A stretch of DNA of 64,000 nt from a virus (Duplodnaviria > Caudoviricetes): IMG/VR virus record IMGVR_UViG_2906610324_000001, positions 57,324-121,323 of that record. The stretch is one strand, 5' to 3'. The notes beneath the pieces were generated by a model. That model ran no database searches and had not been told where the DNA came from. It worked only from the letters and a program-made list of their open reading frames with translations. The position numbers were made by a program, and so were the translations under genes. How positions within the stretch are numbered: position 1 is the first letter of the stretch; every line of letters begins with the position of its first letter. Positions 38,288 through 47,972 of the stretch are shown here, piece after piece.

Positions 38288-38583
38288 GCCTCTACCGGAA
38301 AATGTTGCGCCAGATTTACATCATTCGACACCACTTCATTCGGCCGTTCGATGACGAGGAAATCGAAAAGGCATCAGTCGAAAATGCATTGCATGACCAC
38401 AACGCCACAATGCGCCGCCTCGATACCGCCGATCGAGAGATCAGCCAGGCGCAGGGTAGGCTTCGTGAAGCAGTAAGCCTTTCGCGTTCGTCGAGCGAGT
38501 CCGCGCACACATCGCCCCGGCACGACGAAATTGCGCAACTCGTTCATGACATGCGGTCGTTCGGACATAGGCAAGGGAATTGA
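38284..38583 (+). CDS. hypothetical protein
   Basis: ATGA overlap. Confidence 0.55.
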   Translation: MSLYRKMLRQIYIIRHHFIRPFDDEEIEKASVENALHDHNATMRRLDTADREISQAQGRLREAVSLSRSSSESAHTSPRHDEIAQLVHDMRSFGHRQGN

Positions 38584-38584
38584 A

Positions 38585-38974
38585 ATGCTAAAGTTTCTGG
38601 AGGGAGCTAACGGTACGCTGGCGTTTCTGCTTATCTTTGCCTGCTTCATGTTCGGCGTCTACATGGTCCGCGAGATCGTGGAGAACGGCGTCAAGCGCGT
38701 CCGCCTTCAGGCCGCGATATCGTTGCTGGTCACCTTTGCGCCCGAGGCCGCTTCCCGGATCTGGATCTGGTATTGGCGCCACCTCGACAACAGCGGCATG
38801 GATGCCGATTCCATGCTGCACAGCCCGGTGCTGCTGGTCACCGCCCTTGTCCAGATCCTCGGCGTGGCCTGCGTCATTCGGGTCTTCGCACCCGACCGCT
38901 GGGGCAGGAGGGTCTGGATATTCACCACCATCGTAGCGGCCGCGATCGCCGTCACGCTTTCCCACATCCCATAG
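38585..38974 (+). CDS. 4-TM membrane protein
   Basis: hydrophobic helices. Confidence 0.6.
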   Translation: MLKFLEGANGTLAFLLIFACFMFGVYMVREIVENGVKRVRLQAAISLLVTFAPEAASRIWIWYWRHLDNSGMDADSMLHSPVLLVTALVQILGVACVIRVFAPDRWGRRVWIFTTIVAAAIAVTLSHIP

Positions 38975-38982
38975 GCGGCAAC

Positions 38983-39156
38983 ATGGACCGAATCGTCACA
39001 ATCGCCGCCGGGGCCGGCGTCGTCGCGGTGCTTGCTGGGTTCGTGATGGTGAATATCGCGAAGTCGGTCGATGAGACCAATATGGGGTTCGGAGTTGCCT
39101 TCACCGGCCTGTTGGTGGTGGCGATGTGCTTTATCCTCGCATCCATTTCATCATGA
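38983..39156 (+). CDS. small 2-TM protein
   Basis: two hydrophobic helices. Confidence 0.5.
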   Translation: MDRIVTIAAGAGVVAVLAGFVMVNIAKSVDETNMGFGVAFTGLLVVAMCFILASISS

Positions 39157-39451
39157 GGAAAACTGATCCGGTGCATGCCCGCGCCGTGATGGATCCGTCG
39201 TTGCCCTCCAAGTTGCGACGGTGACCAAGGAGTGTCGCGAAGCTATCCGCGGCATCCCGGACTACGACCCGAACCTCAACTTTGCCCGGCTGTCCCGAGA
39301 GGGATGGCCGAGCTTTTTTGCGTTTCTGGACGCTCTCCGTATCAGTCCGGATATGATAGGCGACCGGCCGTAAGCGCGAATTTCTCCGCACCTTTTGCTT
39401 TTGAGAGTCCTGATGCATGAGGTGTCCACCAAAATAGGTGGACACCTTGTG

Positions 39452-39910
39452 ATGAGCGACGATGATCAGAAACTGCGGGTCAGGCTTGTCGGCCGGAACG
39501 GTCGCCGGCGCTACGAGGCGGCATCGAAAGAGCGTCTTGTCGCGGCCTGCCTTGAGCCTGGGGTTTCGGTATCGAGGCTTGCACTCGAACATGGGGTCAA
39601 CGCGAACCTCCTTCGGAAGTGGATCAAGAAGCACAGCGCGACCAGGTCGCTGCCGCCGTCCTCACGCCCGGCGTTCATCCCGGTTCAGCTTGAGGGGAAG
39701 TCCGAGCGGGACCTGTCGCGAAAAGACAGCGTGGCGACGGTTGATTTGCCGGCTTACGATGAAGTGCGTGGTTCGGAACCCAAAGGGACTCCAGCTTTTT
39801 GTTCTCCGGCCAAAGTGAGCGTGTCGCTGCCGAATGGCGTGAAGCTCGCGCTGGAATGCGGCGATGTGGATGCATTGACGGCGATCATCGGAGCGCTGGG
39901 CGATGTTTAG
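39452..39910 (+). CDS. tnpA: IS66 TnpA (HTH)
   Basis: PGVSVSRLALEHGVNANLLRKW. Confidence 0.9.
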   Translation: MSDDDQKLRVRLVGRNGRRRYEAASKERLVAACLEPGVSVSRLALEHGVNANLLRKWIKKHSATRSLPPSSRPAFIPVQLEGKSERDLSRKDSVATVDLPAYDEVRGSEPKGTPAFCSPAKVSVSLPNGVKLALECGDVDALTAIIGALGDV

Positions 39911-40256
39911 ACTGGGCGATGACCTGCAGGTCTATCTGCACCGTGAGCCGATCGACTTCCGGGCTGGCATCAACAGCCTTGCGGTCCTGGTCCAGGAGAC
40001 GATGGCGCTCGATCCATTCACTCCGGCGGTTTTTGCGTTCTGCAATCGCCGTTGCGACCGGATGAAGCTTCTGTTCTTCGATCGGTCCGGCTTTGTACTG
40101 GTCCTGAAGCGGCTGACCGAAGACAGGTTCCGATGGCCGCGCCGCCAGGAGGCGATCGTCACGCTGACGACGGAGCAATTGCACTGGATCCTTGACGGCA
40201 TCGATATCGATGCGATGGTCCGCCATCCGGTGCGGCAATATCAGGTTGCCGGCTGA
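39903..40256 (+). CDS. tnpB: IS66 TnpB accessory protein
   Basis: DFR.GINSL, KRL...RF.WP. Confidence 0.92.
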   Translation: MFRLGDDLQVYLHREPIDFRAGINSLAVLVQETMALDPFTPAVFAFCNRRCDRMKLLFFDRSGFVLVLKRLTEDRFRWPRRQEAIVTLTTEQLHWILDGIDIDAMVRHPVRQYQVAG

Positions 40257-40308
40257 GCTCTCGAGTTGAGCGGTTGACGCGTCGGTACGGTTCAGATTCA
40301 AGAATTCG

Positions 40309-41880
40309 ATGAATCGAACCGGCGATCCGAGTGTTGAAGTGCTGTTGGCACGCATTGCTGCGCTGCAGGCGGAGAACCATCAACTCGCCGACCGCGTCGC
40401 CAAGCTCGAGGAAGAACTGGCGCTGGCACGCCTGCATCGTTTTGCGCCGCGCAGCGAAAAGCATGTTGATCGTCTCTTCAATGAAGCCGAGCAGGCCTCC
40501 GATGAGGAGGACGCCGGCAGTGAAACGAACAATATCGCCGAACTTCCGGACACGGGCTTGCCACCCGTCGAAAACACAATGGGAAAGAAGCGCGGCCGCA
40601 AGCCGCTGCCGGGGAACCTACCTCGTGAGCGCGTCGAGTATGACCTGTCCGACGATCAGAAGGCGTGTCCTTGCTGCCGTGGCCAGATGCATCGCATGGG
40701 CGAGGCTGTCACCGAGCAACTTCATATCGAGGTGAAGGCGAAGGTTTTACAGAATGTGCGCTTCAAATATGCGTGCCGCCATTGCGATCGCACCGGGATC
40801 CACGCCCCTGTCGTGACCGCGCCGATGCCGCCGCAACCATTGCCGGGCAGCGTTGCCACGCCCTCGACGCTGGCGTTCGCGCTGGTTCACAAATATGTCG
40901 ATGGCACGCCGCTCTACCGCCTGGCGCAGGCCTTCGAACGTGCAGGTGTTCCTGTCAGCCGCGGCGCTTTGGGCCACTGGGTGATTGGCTCGAGCGAGAA
41001 GCATCTGCATCGCATCTACGACGCCCTGAAGCTGCGGCTCAGATCACAACCTCTCATCCATGGCGACGAGACAACGGTTCAGGTCCTCAAGGAGAAGGAC
41101 AAACGGGCCACCAGCACATCGTACATGTGGGCTTATCGCAGCGGCAAGGGCAGCCACGAGCCGATCGTTCTTCTGGATTATCAGCCGGGCCGCGGCCAAA
41201 TCCACCCGCAAGCCTTCCTCGGCGATTACCGTGGCATTGTAATGAGTGACGGCTATACCGCATGGCGCACGCTGGAAGGGGCCACCCACATTGGATGCAT
41301 GGCCCACTCCCGGCGGCGCTTTGTCGATGCCCTCAAAGCCAGGAAGAAGGGCGGCGGTCCGCCCGAGCAAGCGCTGCGGTTCTTTGAACAGCTCTACCGG
41401 GTTGAAAGGCGGGCGTGGGACGGAATACCGGAGAAGGGTGAAACACAGGCCTACTGCATTCGCCGCTTCCGCCAGCAACATAGTGTCCCCATCCTCAATG
41501 CTCTCAAAGTATGGCTCGATGACATGGCCCCGAAGGTCTTGCCTGACAGCAAGCTCGGCGACGCCGTATCCTACACCCGAAACCAATGGGAATATCTGAC
41601 GCGCTACACCGGGGACGGCAGCATGCCGATTGACAACAATCTTCTGGAGCGCGACATCAGGGTTTTTGCAACTGGCAGGAAGAGTTGGTTGTTCAGCGAT
41701 ACCGTGGACGGAGCCAAGGCCAGTGCCGTCGTCTATAGCCTGATGCTGACCTGCCGCGCCTCACGTGTCGAGCCGTTAGCGTGGTTGCGCCACGTCCTCA
41801 CCGAATTGCCTCAGCGCGCCGGCGACGCCGATATTACAGACCTGCTGCCCTTCAACTTCCACAAAGCCGCCACTGCCTGA
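40309..41880 (+). CDS. tnpC: IS66 transposase TnpC
   Basis: zinc finger, DET, SDGY, C.AH.RRRF, IDNN..ER. Confidence 0.95.
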   Translation: MNRTGDPSVEVLLARIAALQAENHQLADRVAKLEEELALARLHRFAPRSEKHVDRLFNEAEQASDEEDAGSETNNIAELPDTGLPPVENTMGKKRGRKPLPGNLPRERVEYDLSDDQKACPCCRGQMHRMGEAVTEQLHIEVKAKVLQNVRFKYACRHCDRTGIHAPVVTAPMPPQPLPGSVATPSTLAFALVHKYVDGTPLYRLAQAFERAGVPVSRGALGHWVIGSSEKHLHRIYDALKLRLRSQPLIHGDETTVQVLKEKDKRATSTSYMWAYRSGKGSHEPIVLLDYQPGRGQIHPQAFLGDYRGIVMSDGYTAWRTLEGATHIGCMAHSRRRFVDALKARKKGGGPPEQALRFFEQLYRVERRAWDGIPEKGETQAYCIRRFRQQHSVPILNALKVWLDDMAPKVLPDSKLGDAVSYTRNQWEYLTRYTGDGSMPIDNNLLERDIRVFATGRKSWLFSDTVDGAKASAVVYSLMLTCRASRVEPLAWLRHVLTELPQRAGDADITDLLPFNFHKAATA

Positions 41881-42147
41881 ACGGCTCGGTATCGCCCGAT
41901 ACCAGGGCAATCCATCAAAACCGCCGGCGTGCGAAGAAAATCGCGCTTACGACCGGCCGGAACTATGTCTGGTTGCATGAGCGATGTCGCGATTTCCGCT
42001 AAGCCCAGATCACTGTTTCCGACCGCAATGATTTTGCTGGTTGGCATCAGCCTGCTCGCGCTCGCCTACGAGGTCGGCGCTCTCATCGCGCAATAGCCAG
42101 CGCTCCGCGCTCTAGTGCCCTGATGGCCGCCGGCCGAGCGCGCCGCC

Positions 42148-42747
42148 CTAACCGAACTGATCCATGACACGGCGGTACGCGGGGTGCGCCCGGTTCTTCA
42201 CCTTCACCCAGTCGCAGGTCCGGGGCCGGTAGCCGCGGCGGATGTGCTTGGACACGATACCTTCCAGTTCCATGCCGCAGGCGGCCTTGTAGAGCTCCGG
42301 ACCGATCTCACCGCGCTCGAATGGCGCCACGAAGATGCCCTCGGGCCGCCGGGCAAGGATCTTGGCCAGCGTGGATTTCCGCTCATCCAGTTCCAGGGGG
42401 CGCAGGTCGTCGCCGTCGAGAGCGATGATGTCGAAGGCGTACAGCTGGGCGTCGTCGTTGTATTTGCCGGAGTGTAGCCAGTCGAATTGCGAGATGCCGC
42501 GGACGTCGAGCACGCAGATCTCTCCATCGATCACGAACTGGCGCTCCTTCATCCTCCGCGCCGCCTCGGCGATCATCGGGAAGCGCCAGGTCCAGTCGAG
42601 GCCGCCCTTAGAGAGCACCTTCACGACATCGCCGTCGCGGATCACGCGCCCGCGGTAGCCGTCGTACTTGACCTCGTGGATCCAATCGGGGCCGGACGGT
42701 ACTACTTCTTTGGGAACCGGCCTGCAGAACTCGAACTGTTTGGACAT
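42148..42747 (-). CDS. ATP-dependent DNA ligase adenylation domain (LigD/LigC-like, short)
   Basis: EVKYDGYR, IDGEI, FDII, EGIVSK, WVKVK; no OB domain. Confidence 0.85.
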   Translation of the reverse strand: MSKQFEFCRPVPKEVVPSGPDWIHEVKYDGYRGRVIRDGDVVKVLSKGGLDWTWRFPMIAEAARRMKERQFVIDGEICVLDVRGISQFDWLHSGKYNDDAQLYAFDIIALDGDDLRPLELDERKSTLAKILARRPEGIFVAPFERGEIGPELYKAACGMELEGIVSKHIRRGYRPRTCDWVKVKNRAHPAYRRVMDQFG

Positions 42748-42782
42748 GGCCGGGATCTATGCACCGCCCGCCAAAATGCGAG

Positions 42783-43304
42783 TCATCGCGGATCAAGCGC
42801 CGGCTTCCGCAGATCGAGCTGAGGATGCCGAGCCTGCGGCTTGCATATTACGAGCCGATGTCCTGCCACGTCCCCCGATAGCGGCAACAGGCCGAGCGAT
42901 TTTCCCGTTTTGCCGCCGTCGAAGGTGTGAAACTCGGTCGCCCGGTACAGGATGGCGGTAGCCAAATGGATCGCATCCGGCACCGCAAGCATTTTCCCGG
43001 AGGGCCGCCGGGTTGCGTAATAGTCACGCAGGTCATGGGCCATCGCCGCGACCTTCGTGTCCATGCTGATCCTGGACACTCGTTTCATCATCCCGTCGAT
43101 CAGTCGCTTCATTCCAGCAGGAAGTCGGCTCTCAAGAACTTCGGTAGTGGTCAGCACGGACGTGATGATCTTAACCTCACGCCGCTTGAAGCGCTCGACG
43201 ACTTCCCTGACGCCATCCATTTCGCCAGTCGGGCGCTCTTCGTCTTTGATCCAGGCCAGGAAGAGGCACGAATCCCAATAATACACTGGATCAGTACCAG
43301 CCAT
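42783..43304 (-). CDS. PIN-domain (VapC-like) nuclease/toxin
   Basis: YWDSC, TS.LT..EVL, DAIHLATA, TFD. Confidence 0.85.
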   Translation of the reverse strand: MAGTDPVYYWDSCLFLAWIKDEERPTGEMDGVREVVERFKRREVKIITSVLTTTEVLESRLPAGMKRLIDGMMKRVSRISMDTKVAAMAHDLRDYYATRRPSGKMLAVPDAIHLATAILYRATEFHTFDGGKTGKSLGLLPLSGDVAGHRLVICKPQARHPQLDLRKPALDPR

Positions 43305-44097
43305 CACGAAGCTCCCGGATGAACTCCTCGCTGGTCATCTCCCCGGTTGCACCAGGAACCATCCCACGCAGGTCGTCCCAATTCGGCAGTTCGCTTTCAG
43401 GCGGAAATGCCTCGATATGCGACACCTGCACCTGATGGGGAAAGGATGCTCCACTTCGATAATGGAGCGTGCCGGAGACCTCGACCTTGCGTCCGATCGC
43501 CGAGACGGCCTCATCGTAGAGGCGAGCTGGGAAGTGGCAGGTAACCTTCCTTGGGCCCACGTCGGGGTAGATGTTAAACACGTTGGCCCCATGGTGGAGA
43601 TTGATCTGTTCGAGCATCCCCTCAATCGTGCCCTCGCACTCCTCATCGACTGCCAGCGCAGCCTCAATTTTTGACGTCACGTTTGGAGTGAAGTCGAAGC
43701 GATGCTTGTTGAAAAGAAGGGTGACGTTCGCGACGGACTTCCCAACAGGCCGCGCCAAGCCGCGGATGTCCTCAAGCAGGTCGGCGTCGAACCCGGCTAG
43801 GTCTTCGCCGCTTTGAAGCGCGAGCGTGACGTGTTCGAGGCTTTCGATGATCGCGTGGCCGACATAGGGATGCTTTGGAAGCGACTGCGGCTCCAAGACC
43901 ACCCGCACGGGGCTATTATAGGAAAGCTCAGCGATACGGTAGTAGGTCGCCGGCTTCCCCTCGTTTGCATCACGATCGAGTTTAGAGATGGTCGCACTCA
44001 GATTTTGGAGCTGAGACATGAACGCACCCAGGCGCACCTGCCCATCATCTTGGGGGAGGCCCTCAATGATCAGTGTAATACGGTCGTCGTCGGCCAT
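43291..44097 (-). CDS. large putative antitoxin partner of the PIN toxin
   Basis: overlaps the PIN start; C-terminal LRG...SEEFIRELRD.W tail. Confidence 0.6.
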   Translation of the reverse strand: MADDDRITLIIEGLPQDDGQVRLGAFMSQLQNLSATISKLDRDANEGKPATYYRIAELSYNSPVRVVLEPQSLPKHPYVGHAIIESLEHVTLALQSGEDLAGFDADLLEDIRGLARPVGKSVANVTLLFNKHRFDFTPNVTSKIEAALAVDEECEGTIEGMLEQINLHHGANVFNIYPDVGPRKVTCHFPARLYDEAVSAIGRKVEVSGTLHYRSGASFPHQVQVSHIEAFPPESELPNWDDLRGMVPGATGEMTSEEFIRELRDGWY

Positions 44098-44129
44098 GCT
44101 CAGCACCTTAGAGCGGGTAGGCTAAAACA

Positions 44130-44477
44130 CTAGCTCACGCACAAGGGCAGCGCCAGCTGCACGCCGATCTTCCGTCCGATGTGGCTTTCGATGAAGTCCT
44201 TCAGGGCGTCTGAGATCTCCCGGCCCTCTGCCCCGACCCGCCGCTCCAGTTCGCGGGCGACATCCTCGGAAGCGTCTCTGGACCAGCCCTCCGCCGGATT
44301 GAACCCGACGACCCGCAGCGCCTGGTCGTACTGTCCCGAGAGGAGGTTGTTGATGAGCGTGGAGTAGTCGACTCCCTCATCGGTCTCCCGGAACGCGGCG
44401 CCGCTCGGGAAGTCCTCCAGGACGAGGTAGAAATCCTTATCGAGCCGGTCGTTCGGAACAATCGAGGGCGACGCCAT
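44130..44477 (-). CDS. conserved hypothetical protein
   Basis: YLVLEDF..G.AFRETD, FNPAEGWSRD.SED; family recalled from rhizobial genomes. Confidence 0.7.
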   Translation of the reverse strand: MASPSIVPNDRLDKDFYLVLEDFPSGAAFRETDEGVDYSTLINNLLSGQYDQALRVVGFNPAEGWSRDASEDVARELERRVGAEGREISDALKDFIESHIGRKIGVQLALPLCVS

Positions 44478-44624
44478 ACGCTGGAACTCCACTGACCCGG
44501 CCATAAAATAGGCGATGGATCGCTAGAAGGCGAATCCGCCTCGGTCACGGTTAAGTTAGGTCCGCCAACCACAAAACGTCCCCTCTGGCGGGCAGGTCGA
44601 GCGGCTGCCGGACGTTCTTGGGCA

Positions 44625-44834
44625 TCAATGCCGCCAGCCCTTCTTGTCGATGACCGGTTTGAATCCCTTCGGCAGACGCGGTGTCTCGCGCTCGCCGATT
44701 TGATTGCATTTCGGGCAAGGCGCGCCGGCGCCGCGGCATTCGCAGGCGCGATCGCCGAACGCCGGACGACCCGGATGGTTCTCGCAGACCCATCCGGTAT
44801 CGTCGCAGGCGGGACATGCCAGGGCTTTGGTCAT
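44625..44834 (-). CDS. small Cys-rich hypothetical protein
   Basis: [12 protein letters not shown]. Confidence 0.6.
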   Translation of the reverse strand: MTKALACPACDDTGWVCENHPGRPAFGDRACECRGAGAPCPKCNQIGERETPRLPKGFKPVIDKKGWRH

Positions 44835-45493
44835 GCGGCCGCTCGGTCTTCCTTGGAGACGCCCCGCGCCACAACCTTGAGCAACTCGTCAGACAGCGGA
44901 CGCTGGAGTACCTTGGCTTCGTCCCACGGCGCGCGCATCCAGACGTCTCGTTCCTCGTCCGTCGTCAGGATGACAGGCATGGCCTTGGGGTGGATCGGCG
45001 CCACCACCGCATTGGGCTCTGTCGTCAGGAAACCATAGACCAGGTGCGGGCCCGGTACAGGTTTGGCCTTGGTGCCGCGGTCGCCGGAGAACTCGGTCCA
45101 GATCCCAGCGAAGGCGGTCAGAGGCCGATCGTCATCGAGCGCGAACCAGACGACGTCCTTCTTGCCGGTTTCGGGATTGGGCTCTGGCGCGTATTCCGAG
45201 AAGCTGTTGAACGGCACCAGACAGCGGTTTTCCGGCTTGAGCCAGCGCTTCCGATGCGGCGACTTCACGTTTCGAATGTTCGTTACCGGCGGGCCGCCAT
45301 ATTGCGGCGGTGAGGGCATGCCCCATCGCATCAACGTCATTTCGCGGCCTCCTGCGCCGTCGCGGATGACCGGTGCCGGATAATCTGGGAAAACGCTCGG
45401 CATCGCCGGCAAATTGCCGATGTAACGGTTGATGACCCGGAATAGGCTCGCGATCGCCGCTTGGTTGGTCGTGATCGAATACAGGTTGCACAT
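44831..45493 (-). CDS. SOS response-associated peptidase (SRAP/YedK/HMCES)
   Basis: N-terminal [21 protein letters not shown]. Confidence 0.92.
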   Translation of the reverse strand: MCNLYSITTNQAAIASLFRVINRYIGNLPAMPSVFPDYPAPVIRDGAGGREMTLMRWGMPSPPQYGGPPVTNIRNVKSPHRKRWLKPENRCLVPFNSFSEYAPEPNPETGKKDVVWFALDDDRPLTAFAGIWTEFSGDRGTKAKPVPGPHLVYGFLTTEPNAVVAPIHPKAMPVILTTDEERDVWMRAPWDEAKVLQRPLSDELLKVVARGVSKEDRAAA

Positions 45494-45783
45494 CAGGCAG
45501 CGCTTTCATTCTCAAATGGCTCAATCTGCCTGCCGGCCTCGGTGATCCGCGTGAAGGTGCCACCTTCGTGCATCGGTTCGAGCCACCCGTGATCTTTGGC
45601 GTATTTCATGCCCGCGGTGTATTGCGCCGGCGTTCCCTTGTCCTGGTCAATGAAGGGACGGTTGAGCACCTCGACATAGATCCGGCCCTCTTGGATCGGC
45701 TTGAATTCCTGAGCGTATTTCAGCAGCCGGCGAGCCGCCTTTTCAGGGTCCGACCAGGGCAGATCTGCCTTCATCTTTTTCAT
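45493..45783 (-). CDS. hypothetical protein
   Basis: ATGA-coupled; [10 protein letters not shown]...HE.GTF. Confidence 0.6.
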   Translation of the reverse strand: MKKMKADLPWSDPEKAARRLLKYAQEFKPIQEGRIYVEVLNRPFIDQDKGTPAQYTAGMKYAKDHGWLEPMHEGGTFTRITEAGRQIEPFENESAA

Positions 45784-46260
45784 CGTGCGATTCCATCGCG
45801 CTTCTGCGCGGCCGTGATGTGAGGAACGTGGGTGAGGTTGTCGGCGAGGACGTGGCTGTCGAATTCGACACCGCAGGGGCACCGCATCCGCGAGCACGGA
45901 ATTTGAGAAGGCAACTTTTCGCCCCGCGCCCATTGCATATTTTCGTTCGGTCCAGTCGCGCTGATCGCGCCATTCCTTCAAATTGGCCTCGGTAAGGACA
46001 GCAGCCAGATCGCGCCATGCGGACTCGAAGCGAACTCGAGCTTCCTCGAAGTCGACCGCGCTGCCGTCGCGCTCGCTGTGCTGTGGAGCTCCTGGATAGA
46101 ACCCGCATGACCACGCCCATTGATCGGATTCGTGCGGGACGCCGGCCCGGGCGGCTATCCATCCGATACAGACGTCGGTGTAGTAAACGTGCCAGCCAAT
46201 GCGCTCTTCCATCGGTCGACGCGTCAGCGCGGAGGACTCCGGAGAAATTTTTTCGGTCAT
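45780..46260 (-). pseudogene. hypothetical protein with a 1-nt frameshift near 45931
   Basis: ...ERKYAM then WARGEKLPSQ..RCPCG continues in another frame to a TGA overlapping the next ATG. Confidence 0.55.
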
Positions 46261-46393
46261 GATGCCGCAGTGAATGCGGCGTGCTCCGCGAGAGTCAAAT
46301 CGTCCATATGTTGAGGGAGTTACCCGAGACGCCATACTGCCCGTGGCGGCGCCGAACGGATGCCTCGCTCAGCGATTGTGGGAAGCAGGGGAC

Positions 46394-46420
46394 TTGACGG
46401 ATTCGCGAAGTTCTGCGCAT
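46394..46420 (+). promoter_or_regulatory. putative promoter for the tRNA array
   Basis: TTGACGG-N11-TCTGCGCAT, same layout as 6918-6944. Confidence 0.5.
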
Positions 46421-46675
46421 ACCGCTGCCCCATCGAACCGCCGGCAAATGATTTGCAGGCTCTGAGGACCAAAGCTGTGTTGCGATCACGCTCACATATC
46501 GTCGCGAAAGCCGCCGCCGCGCTGCCGTTTATTCGGCCGTGCGATTGGTCGCGCATGTCCGTGACGAAGCAAGGTCCAAGCTATCTACGCCCCGAAAATC
46601 TCGGGACATCCAGGATAGCAAGAGCGTAACCGGCGGCGGGAATCCACCCTCCGCCACATCAGGCGGAGAGGGCAG

Positions 46676-46870
46676 ATGGCCCGCACCAACACCACCACAG
46701 GACTCGAGAACCGCGCCCAGCAGAGGATTTTCTCCTCTCCGGTAGCGCTCGCCTTCGTGCGGACCGTTGTGGTTCGCCGCGGCGTGACCGAGGCCCAGGC
46801 TCGCAAGATCTACCTCGATTACCTCAACCGAGCGCAGCCGCACCGCCGCGGCGCGCGCACGGCTGCATGA
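46676..46870 (+). CDS. small hypothetical protein
   Basis: GAGGG SD. Confidence 0.45.
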   Translation: MARTNTTTGLENRAQQRIFSSPVALAFVRTVVVRRGVTEAQARKIYLDYLNRAQPHRRGARTAA

Positions 46871-47029
46871 CGTGAATTTCGACTACGGGATGGTCGCCCC
46901 CGCAAGGACATAAGGCGATCTCGCTGACCGGTACCGGTCTCTTTCAGTGGAGCGGCAAACGGTGGTTTCAGGCAGCGATAGGTTTTCTATTGGCCGGGCT
47001 CGTCCCGGCCGTTTGTGAATTTCTCTCTC

Positions 47030-47104
47030 GCCGGCGTGGCGCAGCGGTAGCGCAGCGCACTCGTAACGCGAAGGTCGCCAGTTCAAATCTGGCCGCCGGC
47101 ACCA
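47030..47104 (+). tRNA. tRNA-Thr(CGT)
   Basis: cloverleaf, CCA end. Confidence 0.85.
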
Positions 47105-47105
47105 C

Positions 47106-47182
47106 GCCCGCATAGCTCAGCGGTAGCAGCGCTCGCATTGTAGGCGAGAGGTCGCAGGTTCGATCCCATGCTGCGGGCACCA
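47106..47182 (+). tRNA. tRNA-Thr(TGT)
   Basis: cloverleaf, loop AT-TGT-AG, CCA end. Confidence 0.8.
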
Positions 47183-47283
47183 ACGATCCGGGCTTGTTCT
47201 GATCAGCCAAGAGGTGCTAGTTTTCGTCACGCCGATGGCTGCAACCCACCGGCGTGACGCCTCAGTTGTCAAAGCCAGTTCGT

Positions 47284-47397
47284 TTAGAACACGTACTGGC
47301 AGGCCGTGATCCAGGTAAGCACGATGACGAGGACCAAGACGGCATTGCCGGTTCTACCGGCGATGCCGATCGTGACTCGCACTTCTTCGGCGCGCAT
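47284..47397 (-). CDS. 37-aa hydrophobic peptide
   Basis: strong AAAGGAG SD; one TM-like segment. Confidence 0.45.
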   Translation of the reverse strand: MRAEEVRVTIGIAGRTGNAVLVLVIVLTWITACQYVF

Positions 47398-47786
47398 TTT
47401 TTTCTCCTTTCTCCTGCCAAAAAACCACCAATGGCTTGGCTCGTGTTGTCTAGCACGGGGGAAGCTACGAGGCACGCGCTTCCAAGGGCGTAAATCACAC
47501 CGGGATGCGCATAGCACGAAGGCGTGACTGCGCGAGCGGCGCCCCCGTAAAGTCGGCGCCATGGCGGGCCAAACGAGTCATTCCTGCGTGAAAACGGGAT
47601 GTTGTCGATGCCTACACGAACGCCGATGCGCATTGATCGCTGGGCTTGCATCATAGCGGGTGGACATAATGTTGGGATTCTTGCCGGTATAGAGCGGCGG
47701 CGTCACCCAGGCGTCGACGTTTGTCGGTGCCGTGACGCTCGCGGCAGGTGCAAACGCCAGAAGCCTACGGTGGCACCACCATCATT

Positions 47787-47870
47787 GCGGATGTGGCGGA
47801 ATTTGGTAGACGCGCCGGTCTCAGGAACCGGTTCTTCGGAGTGTGGGTTCGATCCCCTCCGTCCGCACCA
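47787..47870 (+). tRNA. tRNA-Leu(CAG)
   Basis: type II cloverleaf, CCA end. Confidence 0.88.
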
Positions 47871-47892
47871 GCTATTTCAATTTGAAACAACT

Positions 47893-47972
47893 GCCCCGGT
47901 GGCGGAACATGGTAGATGCCGCTGCCTCGAAAGCAGTTTCTGTTGCCGGTTCGGGCCCGGCCTGGGGCACCA
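47893..47972 (+). tRNA. Leu-like tRNA body with CGA anticodon (atypical or pseudo)
   Basis: GGCGGAA..GGTAGA D-arm, A73, loop CT-CGA-AA, degenerate T-loop. Confidence 0.6.

Larger units (their letters stand above)
39370..41950 (+). mobile_element. IS66-family insertion sequence
   Basis: terminal IRs GTAAGCGCGA.../...TCGCGCTTAC; 8-bp target duplication GACCGGCC at 39362-39369 and 41951-41958. Confidence 0.97.

Noticed and set aside
45493-46335. Single 280-aa ORF in the ORF track
   Set aside because: Apparent fusion of two genes caused by a 1-nt frameshift near 45931.
46550-46670. tmRNA or tRNA-like element ending GCCA
   Set aside because: No convincing acceptor stem, T-loop or tag reading frame.
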